Virus record (IMG/VR): IMGVR_UViG_3300025267_002170
From: a virus
Taxonomy: Duplodnaviria; Caudoviricetes
Length of the DNA stretch: 64,000 nucleotides
Strand: one strand, 5' to 3'
Shown here: piece after piece, positions 36,909 to 47,201 of the stretch
Layout of the letters: every line of letters starts with the position of its first letter
How positions within the stretch are numbered: the first letter of the stretch is position 1
Notes under the pieces: model-generated
Databases searched by the model: none
What the model saw: only the letters and a program-made list of their open reading frames with translations
Told to the model about the DNA's origin: nothing
Program-made: the position numbers and the translations under genes

Positions 36909-37995
36909 GGCATCAGATTTTAACGACGATACTACCCGAGAGGTAATGAAGAAATACGGCAAGGTAGTTAGGAGTGGAACTACCGTATTTGATGAAAGCG
37001 AAAATCTAGAGGTTATTCCTTTTACACCGGCGCTTGATTTGGCTCTGGGTGGTGGCATAAAGGAAGGTAGCTGGGTAATACTCACTGGAGACCCAAAGAG
37101 TGGCAAGACAACGACTGCCTTGCAGTTTGCTGCAACTTGTCAAAGCAAAGAACATGGTGAGAGGCCAATAGTATATATTAATGCCGAGGGAAGACTTAAA
37201 TCTATGAACCTTGGTGGTATCAAGGGCCTTGAAAAAGAAAAAATAAAAATCGTTGAGTCTGAAGATGAACCAATTAGTGCTGAAGACTACCTTGACATAG
37301 TCGAGAAGTATGTCAGAGCCGAGCCTAACTGCGTTGTGATTATAGACTCCGTGTCTTCTTTAATTCCGTCCAGAGAACTAATGGACGAAGTGAGTGGCCA
37401 GTTTAGAGCAGGGCTACCTAAGATATTAAGTAACTTTACCAAGCGTCTTGGCAATGTTGTCCCTAGGCAAAAAAGTATCATTATAATGATAACCCACTTT
37501 ATTGCCAATACAACTGGATATGGAAAAACTAAGATAGCTGACAGCGGCGTAAAGATTAGGTATCAAGTCGACACCCACTTAGAGATAAAGAATACAAGAC
37601 CTTGGGAAGCCGGGGGAAAACAGATTGGTCAGATGGTCAACTGGAGAGTCCTCTGCTCCTCTGCCGGTGGGTTCCCCGGAGGCGAGGCTCAAAGCTGGAT
37701 TAAATACGGAATTGGAATAGATAGGACTCAAGAAATCATAAACATGGCTCTTGAGTTTGGCTTGGTTTCAAAAGCTGGCTCTTGGTATAAGTGTGATTTC
37801 GTTCTAGAAGAAGAGAAGAATCTTATCAACCCGTCTGTTTCCAAGCTTCTTTCTGATAATGAAGTTGACTCATCAAACATAGAATCAGTGACCAAGTTCT
37901 TTAAATTTCAAGGACAGGAGCGTCTGTACAACTTCTTAGAAGGGAACAGCTTCCTTATGGAAATTCTTGAGAATGATATCAGGGAGATGCTGTGA
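36901..37995 (+). CDS. recA: RecA/UvsX-like recombinase
   Basis: LDLALGGG, GDPKSGKTT, IIDSVSSL, KAGSWY. Confidence 0.9.
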   Translation: MAKASDFNDDTTREVMKKYGKVVRSGTTVFDESENLEVIPFTPALDLALGGGIKEGSWVILTGDPKSGKTTTALQFAATCQSKEHGERPIVYINAEGRLKSMNLGGIKGLEKEKIKIVESEDEPISAEDYLDIVEKYVRAEPNCVVIIDSVSSLIPSRELMDEVSGQFRAGLPKILSNFTKRLGNVVPRQKSIIIMITHFIANTTGYGKTKIADSGVKIRYQVDTHLEIKNTRPWEAGGKQIGQMVNWRVLCSSAGGFPGGEAQSWIKYGIGIDRTQEIINMALEFGLVSKAGSWYKCDFVLEEEKNLINPSVSKLLSDNEVDSSNIESVTKFFKFQGQERLYNFLEGNSFLMEILENDIREML

Positions 37996-38426
37996 GGGTA
38001 GTCGGGTTGGACGGGAGGGAACGCGGATGGAACTTCTCCAAGGACTCCAAACGACGCCGTTCTCGCAAGGCTTCCGCTCCCCACAAACTGGCCAGATTGA
38101 CCTTGCGTGACCTGTTCCCACGGTCTATAATACTTGAGGAAGTTTCCCTTCCCGGTACAAGGACTGCGACTAGAAATTCTATATTATATGCAGATTTCTT
38201 TATCCCAGATAGACCACTAGTAGTAGAAGTTCACGGAGAGCAGCACTATTCATATAATGAATTTTACCATAAGAGCAAGAGAGACTTTTATCAATCAAAG
38301 GCTAGGGACAGAGACAAACAAGAATGGTGCAGTATTAATAATATTTACATGGCGGTACTAGATTACAGAGAAGGTCCAGATGAGTGGAGAAAATCAATCC
38401 TTAACGCCATCGGAACGTCTGGCTAA
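37992..38426 (+). CDS. PD-(D/E)XK/Vsr-like endonuclease
   Basis: ADFFIP..VVEVHGEQHY..RDRDKQEWC. Confidence 0.75.
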   Translation: MRVVGLDGRERGWNFSKDSKRRRSRKASAPHKLARLTLRDLFPRSIILEEVSLPGTRTATRNSILYADFFIPDRPLVVEVHGEQHYSYNEFYHKSKRDFYQSKARDRDKQEWCSINNIYMAVLDYREGPDEWRKSILNAIGTSG

Positions 38427-38868
38427 ATTCGAACAAGCTGTAGACAACTACATAAACTCAAAGTCTCTGAACGTCGTAGGTTTTAACCTAGAGGCGGCAG
38501 AGGCTTTAAATCTTACTACAGAGGCTCTTTCTAGGTTAACGTCTGAAGAGTGCTTGCATAAATCATATGTTCTTCATGGCTATGCTAACTACCTGCAAGA
38601 CGAGCATAACCAGAACATAGTAAAGCTAAACTTTGCTTTAGACAATATAAGAAGAATAGTTTCTGTAGAGATTGACCAGTATGGCAAGTACACTAAGCAT
38701 GATATAAAACAGCAGCAAATTATTAATCAAAATCCGTTTGCAGAAAAACTAGAAACAATTAGAAAGCACGCACAAGCAAGGGTAGATAGACTTCAGGAAA
38801 AAATAAGAGATGTCAGAAAGATGGCAGATGTTTTAACAGAACTAAGTAAGAGGAAGGCATACTCATGA
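38380..38868 (+). CDS. helical coiled-coil hypothetical protein
   Basis: position in recombination cluster; possibly a recombination mediator (unconfirmed). Confidence 0.5.
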   Translation: MSGENQSLTPSERLAKFEQAVDNYINSKSLNVVGFNLEAAEALNLTTEALSRLTSEECLHKSYVLHGYANYLQDEHNQNIVKLNFALDNIRRIVSVEIDQYGKYTKHDIKQQQIINQNPFAEKLETIRKHAQARVDRLQEKIRDVRKMADVLTELSKRKAYS

Positions 38869-39329
38869 GCAGTCCCATTGACTTAATAAGGGAAGGCATT
38901 CAGAAAAACGACATGAGTGTCGTAGCGGATGGGTTCAAAAGTTTAACAGGGGAGAGTGTAGAACATAACTCTGATGAAGTCGAGCCTGACGGCTGGAGCG
39001 GTCCCCTCGCGGATGAAGTTGTTTCATCTCACAAAGAAGATTTCATAGCCCCGGCCCGAAGCGAAGAGACGGTCCAGTCTTCCACAGGAGGAAGAACTAG
39101 GTCTGAACCGATTTATAGAGGAGAGAGAGAAAACGAATGGACTGATGATGGGTCTATTGTATCAGAAGATAAAAAAAATCTTATAGATGATTCTGCCAAT
39201 CCGCCGGTTCCTAGAACCAGAAGGAAGTCAATCAAAGCAGATGTAACGTGTAGTAAGTGTCAAAAAAGTTATAAAGTTAGCCCATCCCTTAAGAGGGATT
39301 TTTACGTATGTGAAAGGTGTGTCGGTTAA
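38865..39329 (+). CDS. protein with C-terminal zinc ribbon
   Basis: CSKC..CERC. Confidence 0.6.
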   Translation: MSSPIDLIREGIQKNDMSVVADGFKSLTGESVEHNSDEVEPDGWSGPLADEVVSSHKEDFIAPARSEETVQSSTGGRTRSEPIYRGERENEWTDDGSIVSEDKKNLIDDSANPPVPRTRRKSIKADVTCSKCQKSYKVSPSLKRDFYVCERCVG

Positions 39330-40843
39330 TGTCGCAAAGCATGTTGCATAATCCGGCGGCAGAAAGGGCGGTTCTGTCTGGAATATGTTCCCATGGTATA
39401 GATGCCTTTGTAGATGTAGACGGTATAGTAGAGTCAGACAGTTTTGTTATCGAAGAAAATCAGATAATCTACAAATGCCTGAAGAAGGTATTTGAAGAAT
39501 CTTCAGTAATAGATATATCATCTGTACTTGCCGCAGCAAACGACTTAGGATTTGGTGAAAACTTTAAAGACAAAGAGGCAGTAGAACATCTTCGTGGAGT
39601 GTATAATTTTCCAATCGAATTGGAGAATGTAAGAAACCACGCAGTCAAGATAAGAAAACTTCAACTAGCTAGAGACATACAAAGACAAGTAAAAATTGTC
39701 CACGCCAACATCTCTGATATCACCGGAGACGAAAGTGTAAACGAAATAATTAGCATTGCGGAAGCTCCAATCATGGAGTTGTCCCACGCTTTTAATAGGT
39801 CTGATGATGACAAACCTAACAAGATTGGTTCAGAGATAGAAGAGTATATTGCACACTTGGAAGAAAATCCAACCGAGATGGTTGGAATCTCTAGTGGGTA
39901 TGCAAGGTATGATGAAGCCATAGGTGGCGGGTTTAGAAGAAAGTGTGTTGACTTAGTTGCGGCAAGGCCCAAAGTAGGAAAGAGCGTATTTGCAGAAAAT
40001 GTAGCCCTTCATGTGTCAGGGAAGCTCAAGATACCCGTCCTTATGCTGGACACCGAAATGTCAAAGGAGGACCACCTAAACAGGATTCTTGCCAACCTTA
40101 GTGATACCAGCATCAATGATATTTCTACTGGAAGCTTTGCAGAAAATGACTGTGTTAGGTCTAAAGTAAAAGAAGCCGCAAGCGAAGTTCAGGACATCCC
40201 GTATGACTATATCAGTATAGCTGGAAGGTCTTTTGAAGAAACCCTTTCTATTATGAGAAGGTGGATTTTCCAGAAGGTTGGCTTTGATGAAAATGGGCGA
40301 GTAAACGATTGTCTGATTGTATACGACTATCTGAAACTAATGTCTTCTGGACAAATTAGCGATAGTCTCAGGGAGTTTCAAGTCCTTGGTTTCCAGATGA
40401 CATCTCTCCACAACTTCTGTGTTCAATACGACTGTCCGTGTTTGTCCTTTGTCCAGTTAAATAGAGATGGCATAACCAGAGAGACTACCGATGTTGTTAG
40501 TGGGTCCGACAGGCTCATCTGGCTCTGTACAAGTTTTTCCATCTTTAAAAATAAGAGCATAGAAGAAGTAGCAGAAGACGGTGATGATAATGGAAACAAG
40601 AAATTGGTTCCAATCATATGTCGCCATGGGCCAGCGCTTAGTGATACTGACTATATAAACATGACGATGTACGGAGAGCAAGCTAAGCTTATTGAGGGAA
40701 AAACTAGAAACGAAGTTAAATTGAAAACCAAAGAGAAGGATGAAGGGTTTATAGTCAATGACGATATTGAGTCACAGGCGGAAGAAGATACAGACCAAAG
40801 CTTGGAGAGGCTATCGGAAATCATCGATGAAGGAAAAAAATAG
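39329..40843 (+). CDS. dnaB: replicative DNA helicase
   Basis: AERAVL, AARPKVGKS, DTEM, YDYLKLM, QLNR. Confidence 0.92.
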   Translation: MSQSMLHNPAAERAVLSGICSHGIDAFVDVDGIVESDSFVIEENQIIYKCLKKVFEESSVIDISSVLAAANDLGFGENFKDKEAVEHLRGVYNFPIELENVRNHAVKIRKLQLARDIQRQVKIVHANISDITGDESVNEIISIAEAPIMELSHAFNRSDDDKPNKIGSEIEEYIAHLEENPTEMVGISSGYARYDEAIGGGFRRKCVDLVAARPKVGKSVFAENVALHVSGKLKIPVLMLDTEMSKEDHLNRILANLSDTSINDISTGSFAENDCVRSKVKEAASEVQDIPYDYISIAGRSFEETLSIMRRWIFQKVGFDENGRVNDCLIVYDYLKLMSSGQISDSLREFQVLGFQMTSLHNFCVQYDCPCLSFVQLNRDGITRETTDVVSGSDRLIWLCTSFSIFKNKSIEEVAEDGDDNGNKKLVPIICRHGPALSDTDYINMTMYGEQAKLIEGKTRNEVKLKTKEKDEGFIVNDDIESQAEEDTDQSLERLSEIIDEGKK

Positions 40844-41876
40844 CAACCCTAAGATAGAACATCTTCAAGGCCATATGAAGTCAAGAATTAGAGATATACT
40901 TGACTATTTTAATATCGAATACAGAGAATACGACGAGTGGATTTCTTGCCCATGTCCTATACATGGCGGCGATAACCCTACCGGCTTTACTATAACTATT
41001 GATGGCGACGAAGAATATCTAGGCTTCTGGAGATGCTGGACAAGGGCATGTGAAAAAGAATATTACAATGATATCTTGGGTCTTATCCGAGGACTTCTGA
41101 GCATAGAGAAAGGCGACGACGCCTCTTTCTCAGAAGTGGTCAGCTTCTGTGAAAAATTTATTGGGGAGGACATACTAGAACCACCCCCTCCACCAAAGAC
41201 GAGCAGAGAATTTCTTTCTTCCGTAAATGTTTTAAATCAGGGTACAGAGCAGAACAAAACAAATATAACCAGAGAGAGAGTAAGAGAAAGAATATCTATC
41301 CCATCTGAGTACTATCTTAATAGAGGGTTTCTGCCGGAAACTCTAGATAAATATGATGTGGGATACTGTAACGATAGAAGCAAGCCAATGTACAGCAGGG
41401 TGGTTGTTCCTGTATATGATGACAATCATGAATATATGATTGGATGTGTAGGAAGAAGAACCAATAGCAATACAATGGGAAAGTGGATAAATAGCAAGGG
41501 ATTCAAAAAAAGCACCTGCTTATATAACTACTGGTATGCAAAAGAACATGTCCTGAAAAGCAAGACGGCCATACTTGTGGAGGGTCAGGGAGATGTCTGG
41601 AGACTGGGTGAGGCAGGAATTTTCAACGCTGTTGGAATGTTTGGTTGTTCTTTGAGCGAGCAACAGCGTATAATATTAGAAAGGTCTGGAGCCTTGAATC
41701 TTGTTGTTCTCACAGATTCTGACGAGGCCGGTCAGGTTGGCAAAGAAAAAATCAAACAAAAGTGTGACAAACTATTTAACTTGTACTTCCCATCCTCCAA
41801 CAGTAAAGATGTGGGAGATATGAAGGTAGAAGATATAAAGTCTAACCTTTTGCCTCAGCTTGAGGGTTTGGTATGA
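40827..41876 (+). CDS. dnaG: DNA primase (CHC2 Zn finger + TOPRIM)
   Basis: CPIHGGDN..CWTRAC; VEGQGD; DSDEAG; KDVGD. Confidence 0.9.
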   Translation: MKEKNSNPKIEHLQGHMKSRIRDILDYFNIEYREYDEWISCPCPIHGGDNPTGFTITIDGDEEYLGFWRCWTRACEKEYYNDILGLIRGLLSIEKGDDASFSEVVSFCEKFIGEDILEPPPPPKTSREFLSSVNVLNQGTEQNKTNITRERVRERISIPSEYYLNRGFLPETLDKYDVGYCNDRSKPMYSRVVVPVYDDNHEYMIGCVGRRTNSNTMGKWINSKGFKKSTCLYNYWYAKEHVLKSKTAILVEGQGDVWRLGEAGIFNAVGMFGCSLSEQQRIILERSGALNLVVLTDSDEAGQVGKEKIKQKCDKLFNLYFPSSNSKDVGDMKVEDIKSNLLPQLEGLV

Positions 41877-42619
41877 ACCATAGAATACTCGGACTTTCTG
41901 GAGTAAAGCGCAGCGGAAAGACTACGTGCGTTAACTTCATGCATGGATACGAGATGAAACGTAACGATGTCATCAAACACTTTGAGCTTAACGACAGAGG
42001 GGGGCTTTTAGTCAACACCATATTTACTGACGAGAAAGGCGAAGAAACAGAGGGAATGGGTGTTTTTGATGTCCACAGAACAGATGACGATTTCGCTAAT
42101 TACGCAGCACAAAGAGTCTGGCCTTATGTAAAAGCATACAACTTTGCCGACTCACTGAAATCTGTAGCCATGACACTTTTTGGATTGACCAGAGAACAGT
42201 GCTACGGAACTGGCTCTCAGAAAAATGAAGAGATAGATATTAAAAAACCGGGTACTGATGAGAACTTTACCGCAAGGGGATTCTTACAGCATTTCGGAAC
42301 AGACATGTGCCGAAGTCTTAAGCCAGACATCTGGACATCCTATCTAATAAGACAAATGTCTGCTGAGCAGGTGGGTCTTGCTTTAGTTGGAGACTGTAGA
42401 TTCCCCAACGAGGTGAATGCCATCCACAAAGCTGGCGGCAGGGTTATAAGGCTAACGAGAAGAGTTAACGAAGACGAACACGAAAGCGAAACTGCATTAG
42501 ACGATTTTAAAGAATTTGATGGTGTTATTGACAACTCAGAATTAACTGTGGACGAACAATGTAAAAAACTAATAGCTATTTTAGGGGGATGGGGATGGCT
42601 AAGCTCGGAGCTAAAATAG
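41873..42619 (+). CDS. deoxynucleoside monophosphate kinase
   Basis: GVKRSGKT, FADSLK, LQHFGTD, DCRFPNE, HESE. Confidence 0.88.
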   Translation: MNHRILGLSGVKRSGKTTCVNFMHGYEMKRNDVIKHFELNDRGGLLVNTIFTDEKGEETEGMGVFDVHRTDDDFANYAAQRVWPYVKAYNFADSLKSVAMTLFGLTREQCYGTGSQKNEEIDIKKPGTDENFTARGFLQHFGTDMCRSLKPDIWTSYLIRQMSAEQVGLALVGDCRFPNEVNAIHKAGGRVIRLTRRVNEDEHESETALDDFKEFDGVIDNSELTVDEQCKKLIAILGGWGWLSSELK

Positions 42620-42942
42620 AAAAGCCTTGGGGCTTTTATGAAGATATATACAGAGAAGATGTGGTAGTCTTCAAAAAGATTACCGTTAACGTTGATGGAG
42701 AACTATCTTTACAAAGACACCAGAAGCGTGGTGAGTTTTGGTATTGCGTGTCTGGTAATGGTACTATGGTTTATAATCAAACAGTGTGGAAAATTTCTCC
42801 GGGTTACAACGTACACATCCCAATGAACGTGGTCCACAACGTTGTAAATACTGGCAATGAGCCTTTGGTCATATATGAAATGCAACATGGAACATGTTGT
42901 GAAGACGACATAGAAAGGCTTAAGGATAAATATGGCCGCTAG
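42595..42942 (+). CDS. cupin, mannose-6-phosphate isomerase type II C-terminal-like
   Basis: KPWG, LSLQRHQKRGEFW, EMQHG..EDDIER..DKYGR. Confidence 0.85.
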   Translation: MAKLGAKIEKPWGFYEDIYREDVVVFKKITVNVDGELSLQRHQKRGEFWYCVSGNGTMVYNQTVWKISPGYNVHIPMNVVHNVVNTGNEPLVIYEMQHGTCCEDDIERLKDKYGR

Positions 42943-43555
42943 GCTTGTCTCTGTTACCCCGAACCCTGAAATTATTATTGGATATTGCGCCAGAGTGAGC
43001 AATCCAAAAAATCAGGAAAATCTTAATGTTGAAAACCTTCTTGGCTTTTGCATAAAGCATGGTCATTGGTCAATATTTGAAATGGCAAACATGGTGATAG
43101 AAATCAATACCACCAGAGGAGTAGCTGCCCAAATTCTTAGACACAGAAGCTTTTCTTTCCAAGAGTTTAGCCAGCGATATGCAGAGGTCGAAGGCTTTGA
43201 AGATATTAAACCCAGAAGACAAGACAATAAGAATCGTCAGAACTCACTAGACGATTTGTCAAAACATGATAAAGAGTGGTATAAGATAGCCCTAAAGGAA
43301 GAGAACAGAAGGTCTTATTCCAAGTACAAGGAGGCGCTTAAGAGAGGGATAGCAAAAGAAAGCGCTAGATTTTTTCTACCACTCAATACAAAAACTCGAA
43401 TGTACATGAATGGTACTGTAAGAAGTTGGGTTCATTATATCCAGCTAAGAACCCACGAGTCAACTCAGAAAGAGCATCAGGACATAGCAAGTGAAATCAA
43501 GGGCATTTTTGTTGAGCAGTTCCCCATTACCGCCTCCGCATTGGGATGGAAATAG
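42932..43555 (+). CDS. thyX: flavin-dependent thymidylate synthase
   Basis: HWSIFE, QILRHRSFSFQEFSQRY, TQKEH. Confidence 0.95.
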   Translation: MAARLVSVTPNPEIIIGYCARVSNPKNQENLNVENLLGFCIKHGHWSIFEMANMVIEINTTRGVAAQILRHRSFSFQEFSQRYAEVEGFEDIKPRRQDNKNRQNSLDDLSKHDKEWYKIALKEENRRSYSKYKEALKRGIAKESARFFLPLNTKTRMYMNGTVRSWVHYIQLRTHESTQKEHQDIASEIKGIFVEQFPITASALGWK

Positions 43556-44565
43556 TGTACGTTACTTACATAAGAAGCTCTTCTTATAATAATTATGACT
43601 TCTGTCAACAACAGTACTTTATAAACTATGTTCTTGGTTACCCCTCTGGTTCTAGTAAAAAGGCCGAGATGGGAACCATTGTTCATAAGGTTATGGAATG
43701 CTTGGCCCGTTCAAAGAAGGCCGTTCAAGATAATAAAAAGAGTTACAAAGATGACTCCTTGGGAAGAATTAGAATTACCAAGGACAAGATGCTGTCTTCT
43801 AAGTATGTTGACTCTTTAATAGACAAGAGCTACGAGCACTACGTTTCTGAGTCGGTGCATAAATACGCCCCTAGGGATTACAAGGACTGCGTGAAGTGGT
43901 CCCACGCAGCCTTGGAATTTAATCAAGGCCAGTTTGACCCCAGAAACAGAAACGTCGTTGCCCCAGAGCCTCATTTCGATATCGAGATTAAAGAGCCTTG
44001 GGCTAAATACGACTACACTATGCCTGATGGGTCCGAGGTCAGTGGACACCTCGCAATCAAGGGGACTATAGATTTGGTCACAGAGGTCTCCGATGGGGTT
44101 ATGGAGGCCGTAGACTGGAAAACCGGCAGAAGAATAGATTGGGCAACGGGTCAAGAGAAGGACTACGACAAGCTCTCTAAAGACCCACAGCTTCTGCTTT
44201 ATCATTATGCGCTGTCTCATCTTTTCCCAAACTATGAGCAGACCATAATGACCATCTTTTATATCCGAGACGGAGGTCCGTTCTCGCTTTGTTTTGACGA
44301 ATCTGATAAGAAGCTATTTTTAGACATGCTAAAGAATAGATTTGAAGAGATAAAAAATAACCAGTCTCCCAAGCTTCTTTCAGAGGACCACAACCATTGG
44401 AAATGTACTAAGCTTTGCCACTATTATAAAAACAACTGGCAAGGTACAAACCAGCGGATGTGTTCTCACATAAAAGATAAGATAAACAAAGACGGAATAA
44501 ATCAGACTGTTGATGAGTGTACTAAAGAAGGTTTCACTCTTGGATATTACTCAGCACCGGGGTAA
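43546..44565 (+). CDS. Cas4/RecB-like PD-(D/E)XK exonuclease with probable Fe-S cysteines
   Basis: N-terminal Cys, GTIVH, GTIDL..DWKTG, QLLLY, C-terminal C..C..C. Confidence 0.8.
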   Translation: MEIVYVTYIRSSSYNNYDFCQQQYFINYVLGYPSGSSKKAEMGTIVHKVMECLARSKKAVQDNKKSYKDDSLGRIRITKDKMLSSKYVDSLIDKSYEHYVSESVHKYAPRDYKDCVKWSHAALEFNQGQFDPRNRNVVAPEPHFDIEIKEPWAKYDYTMPDGSEVSGHLAIKGTIDLVTEVSDGVMEAVDWKTGRRIDWATGQEKDYDKLSKDPQLLLYHYALSHLFPNYEQTIMTIFYIRDGGPFSLCFDESDKKLFLDMLKNRFEEIKNNQSPKLLSEDHNHWKCTKLCHYYKNNWQGTNQRMCSHIKDKINKDGINQTVDECTKEGFTLGYYSAPG

Positions 44566-44568
44566 GCC

Positions 44569-46491
44569 ATGACTTGGGTTCCTCTACATTTGCACAGCCA
44601 CTATAGCTTGCTGGATGGTCTGTCTAAGCCCGGCCAGATATCTGACAGATGCGAGACTCTCGGATACGATGTTTGTGCCCTTACAGACCATGGAACAATA
44701 TCTGGAGCCGTCTCTTTTGTCAAAGCGATGAAAGAGAAGGGAATCAAACCCATCTTGGGATGTGAACTGTATCTTTCTCAAGACTCGGCAACAATTCAAG
44801 ATAAAGAAAACAGAACACTTAGCCATCTTGTGGTTCTCGCAAAAAATAAAGATGGTTGGTTAGACTTAATTTCGATAGTTTCAAGAAGCAATGATGAAGA
44901 TGTGTTCTATTTTAGACCTAGAATTGATTTAAGTATTCTAGAAGAGCTTAACAAGAATCAAAACTTAATAGCTTTTAGCGGACATCCCGGCAGCGACCTC
45001 GCCAATGTTCTTTTTGTTAATTGGAAAAAGGCTTATAATTCTAAGTCATATGAAGAAGCGGCCAAGCACCTTAAAAGAAATTGGTTTGAAGAGGCCAGTA
45101 TTCTTCTGTCTAAGTATATAAATATATTTGGCAAGGAAAACTTCTATATTGAAATTCAGCTTATAGATAAAGAGAACTTCCCCGCCTCCGAGTTAATAGC
45201 AGAATGCCTAAGAAGCCTTAGCTCCAAGAGTGGAACTCCTCCTGTTGCCACGGCTGACTCCCACTATCCCACCAAGGAAGATGCCCCAGACCAACGCATG
45301 CTTCTTTGCTCAGCGATGAAAACTACATTGCAAAAGGTCGAGCAAAAGCTAAATGAAGGAAGCGATATAGGTCTTTCCGGTTTCTTTAGGTCTGATAATT
45401 ACCACATACCAACACCGGAAGAGATTGAACCCCTTCATACAAAAGAGGAGATATTAAACACACGTGTGATATCTGGCTTGTGTGAAGAATATAATATATT
45501 AGGGCATCCTATTCTTCCAAAGTTTTCATGTCCAGACAGCCTTAGTGAAGACGCATATCTTCGCTCTTTGTGTAGAGACGGGTGGAAGAGATTGCTCATA
45601 AAATCGGGCAAGATATCAGATGAACATTCTACACAGACATATTTGGAAACAATCAAAAAAGAATTAGAAGTAATCAAGGACGCTAATCTAGCTGGATATT
45701 TCCTAATCGTTAGAGACATAGTTAATTATGTCAGGCAAGAAGGATGGCTTCCGGGTCCGGGGAGAGGGTCGGCTGCCGGAAGCTTAATCTCATACTTAAT
45801 AGGCATCACTCAGGTGGACCCCGTAGAATTCGGCTTAATTTTTGAGAGATTCTATAACGCCGGAAGAAATACAGACGGACATATTTCTTTACCTGATATT
45901 GATATAGATGTTCCCGCCACAAAAAGAGACGAAGTTATAAAATATATTCGCTCAAAATATGGCCATTACAATGTCGGACAGATGATTACCTTCTTAAAGC
46001 TTCAGGGAAGAAGCGCATTAAAAGAAGTTCTTAGAGCGCACGACGCCTGTTCATACGACGAAATGAATGCCATAACTAAAACGCTTCCACAAGAGCACGA
46101 AATTTCTGACCAACTTCAGGACATGGAAGAGCCTTCAATAATTATGTGGGCTTTAATTAACACACCTGAAGAGCTTAAAGACTATTGTAGGCTAGACAAA
46201 GAAAATAATTTAGTCGGCACATACGCAAAACTTTTTCAACAAGCAATGAGAATTGAAGGAACTTATAAATCCCAAGGCAAGCATGCCGCTGGCGTGGTCA
46301 TTTCCTCGCACAATCTAGATAAAGTCTGTCCGATGATTAGAGAATCAAAGGGGTCTGACAAGATAGCTGGATTAGAAATGGTTGACTTGGAAGCCATGGG
46401 GCATGTCAAGTTTGATATTTTGGGTGTAAACCTTTTGGATAAAATTATGGGTATTAGTAGTCAATTATCATGTGGAGTAATCGAGGTTTAA
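44569..46491 (+). CDS. dnaE: DNA polymerase III alpha, N-terminal half (PHP + palm/thumb)
   Basis: HLHSHYSLLDG, TDHG, GRGSAAGS, PDIDID, HAAGVVI, KFDILG. Confidence 0.93.
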   Translation: MTWVPLHLHSHYSLLDGLSKPGQISDRCETLGYDVCALTDHGTISGAVSFVKAMKEKGIKPILGCELYLSQDSATIQDKENRTLSHLVVLAKNKDGWLDLISIVSRSNDEDVFYFRPRIDLSILEELNKNQNLIAFSGHPGSDLANVLFVNWKKAYNSKSYEEAAKHLKRNWFEEASILLSKYINIFGKENFYIEIQLIDKENFPASELIAECLRSLSSKSGTPPVATADSHYPTKEDAPDQRMLLCSAMKTTLQKVEQKLNEGSDIGLSGFFRSDNYHIPTPEEIEPLHTKEEILNTRVISGLCEEYNILGHPILPKFSCPDSLSEDAYLRSLCRDGWKRLLIKSGKISDEHSTQTYLETIKKELEVIKDANLAGYFLIVRDIVNYVRQEGWLPGPGRGSAAGSLISYLIGITQVDPVEFGLIFERFYNAGRNTDGHISLPDIDIDVPATKRDEVIKYIRSKYGHYNVGQMITFLKLQGRSALKEVLRAHDACSYDEMNAITKTLPQEHEISDQLQDMEEPSIIMWALINTPEELKDYCRLDKENNLVGTYAKLFQQAMRIEGTYKSQGKHAAGVVISSHNLDKVCPMIRESKGSDKIAGLEMVDLEAMGHVKFDILGVNLLDKIMGISSQLSCGVIEV

Positions 46492-46494
46492 TTA

Positions 46495-46716
46495 ATGGTT
46501 TCCAATAAGCAACTATACAAAAAGATTATCCAAGACGGATGCGCTGTCGAGTATAAGCAACTGAGCATATGCATTCTCAGTGATTATTATAAAGGATATT
46601 TTGACGGTAAAATTTATCAAGTTGATTGTGAACATCCAAAGGTTAAGCATAGCGAGTTGTATAAGAGCTTAGACAAAGCTGTGACTAAGTTCTTAGAACT
46701 CAAGAGGAAAATATAA
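46495..46716 (+). CDS. hypothetical protein
   Basis: packed ORF between dnaE halves. Confidence 0.5.
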   Translation: MVSNKQLYKKIIQDGCAVEYKQLSICILSDYYKGYFDGKIYQVDCEHPKVKHSELYKSLDKAVTKFLELKRKI

Positions 46717-47201
46717 TGAGTTTTAGCAAAGGTAGAATTGGAGAAGACTTTGCTAAAAGCGTATTAGAAAGTTGTGGAATAAAGTGTTCCAAAAATGACG
46801 ACTACGAAAAGAGATACGACTACGACTTAGAGTGCAAAGTTGGAAGAAGGGGCTTTACTATAGAAGTAAAGTACGACTATAAGGCGGAAGAAACTGGCAA
46901 TATAGCTATAGAACACCACAACACAAAAGTGGACCGCCCAAGCGGGATAACCGCCACGAAAGCCGACTTATGGGTTTACGTTCTTGGGGCTGGCAATAAT
47001 CTAAATTCGTGGGTAGTAAAATCAGAATCCCTAAAGGACTTCTTGGAAGAAGTTCCTCCGTTTAAAGAGGTTGTATACGGTGGAGACAACAACGCCGCTT
47101 TGTACATATACAAAAAGGAAGACATACTGGGACCATTATTTATTAGAATGGATGATTTAGAAGAAGACGGATTGAAAGCCCTAATAAAAGGACTGCTATG
47201 A
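46716..47201 (+). CDS. PD-(D/E)XK endonuclease
   Basis: GRIGE, YD...IEVKYD...TGNIAIE..SGITATKAD. Confidence 0.75.
   Translation: MSFSKGRIGEDFAKSVLESCGIKCSKNDDYEKRYDYDLECKVGRRGFTIEVKYDYKAEETGNIAIEHHNTKVDRPSGITATKADLWVYVLGAGNNLNSWVVKSESLKDFLEEVPPFKEVVYGGDNNAALYIYKKEDILGPLFIRMDDLEEDGLKALIKGLL

Noticed and set aside
40827-40843. A7 run at the dnaB/dnaG overlap as a programmed frameshift fusion
   Set aside because: dnaG has its own ATG in the overlap, no stimulatory structure seen, and A-runs are common here
43546-44565. Cas4-like gene as evidence of a CRISPR system
   Set aside because: No repeat-spacer array or other cas genes; solo Cas4-like nucleases are common in phage replication blocks
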